Shown: piece after piece, positions 9,070 through 15,838 of the stretch
Numbering within the stretch: position 1 is the first letter of the stretch
Layout of the letters: each line of letters begins with the position of its first letter
Origin: Candidatus Terraquivivens tikiterensis
GTDB lineage: Archaea; Thermoproteota; Nitrososphaeria_A; Caldarchaeales; Wolframiiraptoraceae
Assembly: GCA_003056285.1 (NCBI GenBank)
Contig: NDWU01000002.1
Coordinates: forward strand, 70,839-94,838
Reading direction: 5' to 3'
Length of the DNA: 24,000 bases
Notes under the pieces: generated by a model
What the model was told of the DNA's origin: nothing
Seen by the model: only the letters and a program-made list of their open reading frames with translations
Databases searched by the model: none
Translations under genes and position numbers: made by a program

Positions 9070-9621
9070 GGGTCTTCTATTTTTAATGAGGCATCCGTCG
9101 GCCATTCCCTATTAACTCTTCTTTTTGTTTCTGACAGTATCGCGGACTCCTAGATTGTAGGACAGCATTTTGCCCAGAAAAACACGCTAACCGTAGGATG
9201 TAGGAGAGGTTCTGTTAACCTTGTTTTGGCTAACTTCCTCCTTTTTGTTCCCTGTGCTTGTCCACATCCTTGAGTCCGTAAGGGCACGGGCCATCACTAC
9301 GTTCAGGAGGCGGTCGTCCCGAACTTCAGGGACCCAGCTGAAGCCCTATACCTGCCGAACCTCCCTGGCTCGGAGGCTCATTTTTGGACATCCAGGCAGC
9401 ATTCAGAACTTTCATATTTAAATACTGTCGGTGTTCGTCCAACTCTTGAAAGACGCGGCTTTCTCGCCGATTTGGTAACTTTTAAACCGCTGCAAAGTTA
9501 TAGAAGAATAAAGCATAAATATCCTTGAATATTGCTTTTGCAATGAGGGGCATTCCGATGGTACGCGAGGCCATGCTGGCCGACATTGAGAAAATTTCCC
9601 GGATAATGGCAAGAAATGGAT

Positions 9622-9742
9622 CCCGCGGTAGCTCAGCCTGGTAGAGCTTCCGGCTGTAGGGTCTGCCGATGGCAGGCCTGCCCAGCCTACCAGGCGCACA
9701 GAAACCGGAGTGTCGCAGGTTCAAATCCTGCCCGCGGGACCA
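9622..9742 (+). tRNA. tRNA-Tyr(GUA) with a 44-nt archaeal intron (9660-9703) at canonical position 37/38; CCA encoded
   Basis: Acceptor CCCGCGG/CCGCGGG, D arm GCTC-AGCCTGGTA-GAGC, anticodon stem TCCGG/CCGGA, anticodon GTA at 9656-9658, T arm GCAGG-TTCAAAT-CCTGC, discriminator A, CCA at 9740-9742. Bulge-helix-bulge: CTGT(9654-9657)/ACAG(9698-9701) with 3-nt bulges AGG and AAA. The mature tRNA is 74 nt before CCA. Confidence 0.96.
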
Positions 9743-9854
9743 CACCTTTTTACTTTATTAGAAGGTGTGAGGATAGACCAAAAGAACGATTTCGGGTAAT
9801 AATTTCGATTTTCAAAAATTCTCGTAATGTTTATTATATAGTTAAATTATAGTT

Positions 9855-10094
9855 AAGCGTACAACCATACTGCTAAACGATGATCTGTACGGAAAATTGG
9901 TTAACGAATGCGTTAAAAGGTATGGGACTACCCGTGCGCTTTCTAGACTCATAAATGAGTTGTTGCAAGAAGGGCTTGGCAGCAGGGCCGAGCTTCTTGA
10001 GCTAATATACTCCGAAAAGATAGTCAGTGTGTCTCAAAAAGAGCTCGAGGAGTTTCGAGGCCGGCTGAGTAAGAGGCTCGAGGAGCGTTGGTGA
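9855..10094 (+). CDS. Ribbon-helix-helix / VapB-like antitoxin; conventional start codon missing or non-canonical
   Basis: The open frame runs upstream of the TTG called at 9897 back to a stop at 9843 and encodes 'KRTTILLNDDLYGKLVNECVKRYGTTRALSRLINELLQEGLG...LEERW'. This is an RHH-like strand-helix-helix layout. Located directly upstream of a PIN-domain frame. Confidence 0.6.
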   Translation, partial: KRTTILLNDDLYGKLVNECVKRYGTTRALSRLINELLQEGLGSRAELLELIYSEKIVSVSQKELEEFRGRLSKRLEERW

Positions 10095-10098
10095 GCTA

Positions 10099-10118
10099 CT
10101 CCCTACTGAAGTAGGGAG
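10099..10118. repeat. Right-end hairpin of the TnpB element (8-bp stem, 4-nt loop), likely the 3' end of the omega RNA
   Basis: CTCCCTAC TGAA GTAGGGAG. Overlaps the tnpB stop codon (minus strand). Confidence 0.75.
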
Positions 10119-11326
10119 CTTCCAGCGTTTAGAGTAGGCTTTACGCCTATCTCCCCATCTGCTGGTTCGCGGGGTTCACGGCTCCGCCATCCCATGCCTC
10201 GCATTAAGGCATGGGCTATGTTCACACATGCGTTTAAGTCTCGGTTGTAGATTAGCCCACATCTTGGACACCTAAACTCTCTTCCTTTAACTTGGGCAAC
10301 ATGCCCGCATCTATGGCAGGTTTTAGATGTGTTCTTTGTTTCTTTCTTTGTTAAGTATTTGACTTCTATGCCTTCAAGGTTTGCCTTATACTCTATGATT
10401 GTTTGGAGCTTTCTGAACGGTAGCGAATGGAAACGATTGTTAAGCTTCTTTGCCTTCTTAAAGTTTCTACGTATTCCATTTAAGTTCTCCATTACTATTA
10501 TTGGTTTTAGGAATTGTTTTGCATACACTATTATCTGATTTGCTATTATATGAAGTTGCTGGTTTATTTTTCGTTTTTCTTTCCCTCTTAACTCCTTAAC
10601 TTTCTTTAACAGCTTCTTCTCCTGAAGTTTCCTTCTAATATGCCCGTAAAGTCCTCTTGTACGCTTGATTTCTTCTCCTCTCCAAAACTTTCCTTTCATA
10701 GGCTTTTCTGGATTATTCTTCGAAATGGCAACTGCAACAGCTAAGTTGTGCTCTCCTCTGTCTATAGCTATTATTGTTTCATGCTCATCTTGAAGCTCAA
10801 CAGTTTTCGTTAGAACAAAATATGCATACCACTCTTCATTGTGCTTAACCATTTCAACTGTTGCAAACTTCCATTCTCCTTTAAATGCTTCTTCTATTCT
10901 TTGTTTTTGCCTCTCTCCAAAGATTATTGGTAAGCTAATTCTTTTTCCTTTGTTTAGGCTTAAAGTTAACCAATATGGTGTTAAAACGTTGGCTGTCTTA
11001 GAAAAGTTATAGCATCTATTATCAAAACGTATTGAAATCTTTTTGAGTTTCAGATTGCTATCCTCGTTTTTGCATTTATCAAAGCTCTTTAAAACTTCAA
11101 CTGCTTTATCTCTTGCGGTTTGAATTAAGGCTGTGTTAAGATTGAAGAGTCTTTTAGCTTTTTCATAACCATTAGCATGAAGGAATTTCTTGGACTTTGA
11201 GTTAAAGTCAAGATACCATTTTACAAGCTTAAAGTATTCTTCAAGAGTTTTGTTTAAAGCTAAAACCTTGCCTGGATTAGGCTTGAAAAGCTTTCCTACA
11301 ACTGTAACCTGAACATCCTTCTTCAA
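10103..11326 (-). CDS. tnpB: TnpB RNA-guided nuclease (OrfB family transposon protein)
   Basis: RuvC-like motifs 'IIAIDRGEHNLAVAVA', 'PIIVMENLNGIRR' and 'YNRDLNACVNIAHALMRG'; zinc finger 'CHRCGHVAQVKGREFRCPRCG'. The catalytic D/E/D appear intact. Confidence 0.93.
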   Translation of the reverse strand: MKKDVQVTVVGKLFKPNPGKVLALNKTLEEYFKLVKWYLDFNSKSKKFLHANGYEKAKRLFNLNTALIQTARDKAVEVLKSFDKCKNEDSNLKLKKISIRFDNRCYNFSKTANVLTPYWLTLSLNKGKRISLPIIFGERQKQRIEEAFKGEWKFATVEMVKHNEEWYAYFVLTKTVELQDEHETIIAIDRGEHNLAVAVAISKNNPEKPMKGKFWRGEEIKRTRGLYGHIRRKLQEKKLLKKVKELRGKEKRKINQQLHIIANQIIVYAKQFLKPIIVMENLNGIRRNFKKAKKLNNRFHSLPFRKLQTIIEYKANLEGIEVKYLTKKETKNTSKTCHRCGHVAQVKGREFRCPRCGLIYNRDLNACVNIAHALMRGMGWRSREPREPADGEIGVKPTLNAGSSLLQ

Positions 11327-11391
11327 GGAAACATTCCAAAATTATTTTTCAAACTTTTATATTTAATATATTTAAACCTTTGCCCATTCAT

Positions 11392-11411
11392 CCCAGAGCT
11401 AAAGCTCTGGG
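11392..11411. repeat. Left-end hairpin of the TnpB element (8-bp stem, 4-nt loop)
   Basis: CCCAGAGC TAAA GCTCTGGG, located 66 nt upstream of the tnpB start. Confidence 0.7.
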
Positions 11412-11422
11412 TTTTTCTGGGC

Positions 11423-11857
11423 GACCATCTTATAATAGATACGACCTATCTTCTCCCCTTAGTACGTATAGGTGTAGAGACAGACCTCTTAAGGGCAATA
11501 GCGGAGAACAGAACTAAAGAGAGAATAAGTTTCACAGACCTAAAGGTCAGCTTAATCTCACTTTTCGAGATGCAAGCTAAGGCATCTAGGCTGGATATAC
11601 CGCCAAGCGACGTAATAAAAGCCATAGAAGTCATACTCAAAACATTCAGAGTAATCCCCTTCTATACAGAAAAGATAATAACCCTGGCGCATAAGCTAAA
11701 AGAACTCATAGAAGACTACATGGACAGGATTATATTGGCAACTGCCATCGCAGCAGGAGAAAGCTTGATCACCGAAGACTCAAGGATACTCTCCATAAAG
11801 GACGGCATAAGGCAAAAATACAACATACAAATAAAGACCTACAAAGACTTGGCATGA
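11423..11857 (+). pseudogene. VapC-like PIN-domain toxin, 5' end displaced by the TnpB element
   Basis: The frame reads DHLIIDTTYLLPLVRIGVETDLLRAIAENRTKERISFTDLKVSLISLFEMQAKASRL...YMDRIILATAIAAGESLITEDSRILSIK. This has PIN-like acidic residues (IIDTTYL, FEMQ, MDRI, TED). No ATG/GTG/TTG before 11570, which would drop the first catalytic Asp. Confidence 0.75.
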
Positions 11858-11997
11858 ACGGCCTATATGATATAGTTACTGTGCTCGACGAGAAGATCCG
11901 CATCCTTTAGGTGTGGGATGAATCGTTGAAAATTAAAAACATGATTTTAAATTTTTGAGCAAGCCACTCGTATGCTGTCTGTATTTCCAAAGGCCTG

Positions 11998-12200
11998 AAT
12001 AAGCCTCCGGCCGAAAGGAGCAGAGGTTTGGCGAGTGTATGGCCTCCCCCATCATGGAGACTTCGTTAAAGGGCTGGTGGCACGGCCCTTGCTTCTAAGG
12101 TGGTAACAGGATGAAGCGTGAGCCTAAAAGGCAATGAACGACCGATGAAGCCTCAGAGGCAAGAATCCCACAGCCTCGGCTGTTAGCAGCCCGCATTCTC
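11998..12200 (+). ncRNA. Candidate structured RNA or omega-RNA-like / IS right-end relic (copy A)
   Basis: No plausible ORF. Contains '...GTATGGCCTCCCCCAT...GGGCTGGTGGCACGGCCC...CTAAAAGGCAATGAACGACCGATGAAGCCTCAGAGGCAAGAATCCCACAGCCTCGGCTGTTAGCAGC', with a terminal ACAGCC-TC-GGCTGT hairpin. A similar segment occurs at 20679-20746. Confidence 0.45.
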
Positions 12201-12303
12201 TGTAGGATAAACACTATCACAAAAGGATGGGGTATCCAAAACCGTTCAACGAACTTAGTTCGGTGGAAATAAAAGGATATAAATCAATTTTTAGGGATTC
12301 AAT

Positions 12304-14742
12304 GTGAGAATGTCTGAAATCCCACATGCAAAAATAAGCGCGGAGCTGGAACGGAGGAAATCGTGCATCAGACCAATAAGTGAAAGGATTGCAAAGCTTA
12401 GGGATGAGAGCGTTAAAGCTGAAGTTAAGGTTTCTGCAGAGAGGGCATTGCTGGTAACCGAATTCTACAGGAGCGGTGCCGCGAAAGGGAAATCCATCCC
12501 AGTTCAGCGTGCTTTGATGTTCAAATACCTAATGGAACGCGTGAGCATTCCAGTTGAGGAGGGGCAGCTTATCGTCGGGATAAGGGGTACGGGGCCAAAG
12601 GAGGTTCCAACCTATCCCGAGATATGCGTCCATACATCCATGGATCTTGAAACCCTAAACTCAAGAAAGAACATGCCGTATAAGGTCGATGAGAGGACAA
12701 AGGAGCTTTACGAGCATGAGGTCATTTCGTTCTGGATGGGCAACTCGATGAGGGACATGATCTTCGATAACCTTCCGAAAGAGTGGAAAGATGCGTACGA
12801 GGCCGGCGTATGGACAGAATTCATGGAGCAAAGAGCGCCCGGACATACCGCCGGAGGAGAGAGGATATTCAAAACGGGAATCTTGGACGTGAAGAGAGAA
12901 ATCAGGAGTAAAATGGATGAGATGGACCCAAGCGACCCTGAATACTTCGATAAGCTGGAAGAGTTAAAGGCGATGGATATCGTTGCGGACGCTATCGTGA
13001 AATATGCGGAGAGGTACGCTGAAAAGCTTGAGAGGATGGCGGCAATAGAAGAAAACGAGCAAAGAAGGGAAGAGCTGAAGCAGATGGCCGAGATATGTCA
13101 TTGGGTTCCAGCCCACCCACCAAGAACGTTTTGGGAAGCTCTCCAGCATTACTGGTTCATTCACGTCGGCATAACTTACGAAACGAATCCATGGGATTCA
13201 TTCACCCCAGGAAGGCTCGACCAGCATCTTTACCCGTTCTACGAACGGGACATAAAGGAGGGAAGGTTGACGAGGGAACGGGCGAAGGAACTGTTAGAAG
13301 CTTTTTGGCTGAAGTTCAACAACCAACCGGCCGTTCCTAAAGTTGGCGTAACGCTAGAAGAAAGCTTTACGTACAATGACTTCTCGAAGATTAACGTTGG
13401 AGGGTTAAAAGTGGACGGGTCGGATGCTGTCAATGAGCTTTCGTACTTAATTTTGGAGGTATTAAAGGAGATGCAAACGATGCAGCCAAATACAGCCGTT
13501 TTAATAAGCAACAAGAATCCAGACCGCTTTGTAATGAAAGCCTTAGAAGTCGTAGCCCAAGGATTCGGAGAGCCTCCGCTCTTCAATTTTGATGGCGCGG
13601 TAATTAAGATGCTGAGGCAAGGGAAGAGCTTAGAAGATGCACGGGCGTGTGGTGTTAGCGGTTGTGTTGAAACAGGAGCCTTCGGGAAGGAGGCGTACAT
13701 TTTAACTGGATACCTGAACCTCCCTAAAATTTTGGAAATCACGTTAAACAATGGGGTGGATCCTAGAACGGGTAAGAGGATAGGAATAGAAGTAGGCGAC
13801 CCGAAAAAATTCAAAACGTTTGAAGAGCTGTTTGATGCTTTTGTAAGGCAGCTGAAGTACTTTGTGTCAATCAAATGCAAGGGAAACGATATAATAGAGG
13901 CGCTGTATGCGAAATACCTCCCGGTACCATTCTTATCGCTCTGGATTGAAGACTGCGTAAAAAATGCGAAGGATTATAATGCCGGTGGGGCAAGGTATAA
14001 CACTAGCTACATCCAAATCGTCGGGTTGGGGACCCTCACGGATTCTTTGGCCTCCTTAAAGTACAACGTGTTCGAAAGAAAGCTTTTCACGATGGATGAG
14101 GTTCTTAAGGCTCTAAGCAGAAACTACGACGGGTATGAAATCATGAGGCAGGTATTCCTTAACAAGACGCCAAAGTATGGAAACGACGATGATTATGCCG
14201 ACGAGATTGCGAAAAGGGTAGTGGACATTATCGTGGAGATCGTGGAGGGGATTCCTCCGACACCGATAAGGAAGGCTTCACGCAGGGTTTACTTCCTTCC
14301 AACGACAGCGCACGTATACTTCGGAAAAGTAACCGGTGCTACCCCCGATGGAAGGAAGGCTGGCGAGCCGCTTTCTGAGGGCGTTTCGCCTGTTCAAGGA
14401 ATGGATAGAAGGGGCATAGCGGCGGTTTTTAGGTCCGTAGCGAAGGTCGATTGGGACAAAACGGGAGGCGCGCTACTTAACCAGAAACTCACCCCAGACC
14501 TATTGCTTGATGCAGAAAACATTAGGAAGATGGTACAGCTAATAAGAACGTTTTTCACGTTGGGAGGCCACCATGTGCAGTTTAACGTCGTTAGCGCAGA
14601 GCTGCTGAGGGAGGCGCAAAAACGTCCCCAAGACTTCCAAGACTTGATGGTAAGGGTTGCAGGTTACAGCGATTACTTCGTAAACCTCCCGAGGGGGCTT
14701 CAGGAAGAGATAATCGCAAGAACGGAACAGAAAACGCTATGA
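12304..14742 (+). CDS. Glycyl radical enzyme, trans-4-hydroxy-L-proline dehydratase (HypD)-like
   Basis: 812 aa. Thiyl Cys motif 'SGCVETGAFGKEAYILTGYLNLPKILEITLNNG' (Cys454), glycyl radical motif 'RVAGYSDYF' (Gly787), and 'MEQRAPGHTAGG', 'NQPAVPKVGVTLEESFTYNDFSKINVGG' and 'GGARYNTSYIQIVGLGTLTDSLASLKYNVF' resembling HypD. The GCVE motif is dehydratase-type rather than PFL-type CC. Confidence 0.9.
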   Translation: MRMSEIPHAKISAELERRKSCIRPISERIAKLRDESVKAEVKVSAERALLVTEFYRSGAAKGKSIPVQRALMFKYLMERVSIPVEEGQLIVGIRGTGPKEVPTYPEICVHTSMDLETLNSRKNMPYKVDERTKELYEHEVISFWMGNSMRDMIFDNLPKEWKDAYEAGVWTEFMEQRAPGHTAGGERIFKTGILDVKREIRSKMDEMDPSDPEYFDKLEELKAMDIVADAIVKYAERYAEKLERMAAIEENEQRREELKQMAEICHWVPAHPPRTFWEALQHYWFIHVGITYETNPWDSFTPGRLDQHLYPFYERDIKEGRLTRERAKELLEAFWLKFNNQPAVPKVGVTLEESFTYNDFSKINVGGLKVDGSDAVNELSYLILEVLKEMQTMQPNTAVLISNKNPDRFVMKALEVVAQGFGEPPLFNFDGAVIKMLRQGKSLEDARACGVSGCVETGAFGKEAYILTGYLNLPKILEITLNNGVDPRTGKRIGIEVGDPKKFKTFEELFDAFVRQLKYFVSIKCKGNDIIEALYAKYLPVPFLSLWIEDCVKNAKDYNAGGARYNTSYIQIVGLGTLTDSLASLKYNVFERKLFTMDEVLKALSRNYDGYEIMRQVFLNKTPKYGNDDDYADEIAKRVVDIIVEIVEGIPPTPIRKASRRVYFLPTTAHVYFGKVTGATPDGRKAGEPLSEGVSPVQGMDRRGIAAVFRSVAKVDWDKTGGALLNQKLTPDLLLDAENIRKMVQLIRTFFTLGGHHVQFNVVSAELLREAQKRPQDFQDLMVRVAGYSDYFVNLPRGLQEEIIARTEQKTL

Positions 14743-14743
14743 G

Positions 14744-15709
14744 GTGACGGGACCGCTGTCCGTTTTGTGTTCCAAAAAGCACGCCGAGGCGTCGAACGGT
14801 TCGATCAGAGGTGTCATATTCGACATAGAGAGATACGCAATCCATGACGGTCCCGGTATCAGAACGACGGTCTTCATGAAAGGATGTCCGCTTAGATGTT
14901 GGTGGTGCCATAACCCAGAAGGGATAGAGTCGTTGAGGAACTTAATGTATTTCGAGTATAGGTGCATTCGCTGCAAAACGTGCGCGAGTGCGTGTCCACA
15001 AGAAGCCATCTCGTTCGACGGAGAAAAGCAAATCATCAACAGAGCTTACTGCTCAAGGTGCGGCATCTGTGCAGAGCATTGCCCTACTGGCGCCTTAAAG
15101 CTTGTCGGATATGAGGTTACCGTTCGCGAATTATTAAAAGAGATCGAGAAGGATGTCCTCTTGTATGACCGCTCCGGAGGAGGCGTTACTTTTTCGGGTG
15201 GGGAGCCGCTCTTCCAGCCGCTATTCTTAAAAGAGGCTCTGAGAGGGTGTAAAAAGATGGGCATACACGTAACGCTGGATACATCTGGATACGCGCCGCC
15301 AGAAGTGTTTGAAGCATTCGTGGACAGTGTCGACCTATTCCTTTATGATATAAAATTGTTGGACGATAGGGAACACCGGAAATACACCGGCGTTTCGAAC
15401 GAGCCTATAAAGAAAAACTTGGCAAAGCTTGTGGAGAAAGGTAAGGGTAGCTCAGTAATCTTACGATTCCCGGTAATCCCTGGAATAACAGACACCGAGG
15501 AAAATCTAAAGGGGCTTTTGTCCCTCGTTTCAAAACTTGGTGTGATAAATGAGGTCGATATACTGCCATTTCACGACGTAAGCGAAAAGTACGATAGGCT
15601 CGGCATAGAATACAAGATGAGGGGTCATGGGCCTCCCTCGAAAGAAAGATTAAATTATATAAAAGAAAGGCTTGAAGAGGTCGGATTATACGTAAAAATC
15701 GGAGGATAG
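14744..15709 (+). CDS. Glycyl-radical enzyme activating enzyme (radical SAM)
   Basis: 'IHDGPGIRTTVFMKGCPLRCWWCHNPEG' (CxxxCxxC) and two ferredoxin-like clusters 'CIRCKTCASACP' and 'CSRCGICAEHCP'; 'SGGGVTFSGGEPLFQP'. GTG start 1 nt after the GRE stop; an internal start cannot be excluded. Confidence 0.93.
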   Translation: MTGPLSVLCSKKHAEASNGSIRGVIFDIERYAIHDGPGIRTTVFMKGCPLRCWWCHNPEGIESLRNLMYFEYRCIRCKTCASACPQEAISFDGEKQIINRAYCSRCGICAEHCPTGALKLVGYEVTVRELLKEIEKDVLLYDRSGGGVTFSGGEPLFQPLFLKEALRGCKKMGIHVTLDTSGYAPPEVFEAFVDSVDLFLYDIKLLDDREHRKYTGVSNEPIKKNLAKLVEKGKGSSVILRFPVIPGITDTEENLKGLLSLVSKLGVINEVDILPFHDVSEKYDRLGIEYKMRGHGPPSKERLNYIKERLEEVGLYVKIGG

Positions 15710-15838
15710 GGTTATAAGCTCAGCCTTATTAAAACGAATTTCCTAGGTAATTGCATGGGTGGGCCTTTTTCTATGAATTAATTCTCCAAAAGTCTTATTT
15801 ACCCAATCGGTTTAACCATTACGCTCATGATGTAAAAA

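Larger units (their letters stand above)
10097..11422 (-). mobile_element. TnpB-only (IS1341-type) IS200/IS605-superfamily element; no tnpA
   Basis: Contains one intact tnpB. Subterminal perfect hairpins at both ends: CTCCCTAC-TGAA-GTAGGGAG (10099-10118) and CCCAGAGC-TAAA-GCTCTGGG (11392-11411). Removing 1326 bp (10097-11422, or 10095-11420 because of the shared GC) restores a continuous vapC frame. More AT-rich than its surroundings. Confidence 0.85.

Noticed and set aside
9482-9852. ORFs covering the tRNA-Tyr gene (9482..9745 minus, 9616..9852 plus)
   Set aside because: They read through a fully formed tRNA and its intron; no protein-like features.
11998-12200. RNase P RNA, SRP RNA or cobalamin riboswitch
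   Set aside because: No RNase P CR-I/CR-V sequences, no SRP GNAR/GGUGAC pattern and no B12-box were recognised. The second copy elsewhere also argues against single-copy housekeeping RNAs.
9742-12300. Integrated genetic element using tRNA-Tyr as attachment site
   Set aside because: No integrase gene and no repeat of the tRNA 3' end downstream could be found by eye. The TnpB element explains the insertion present.
13239-13880. 213-aa minus-strand ORF inside the glycyl radical enzyme gene
   Set aside because: Shadow ORF antisense to a highly conserved coding sequence; no recognisable domain. The same applies to other antisense ORFs in mtaB, the ABC ATPase, ALDH, gldA, herA and leuS.
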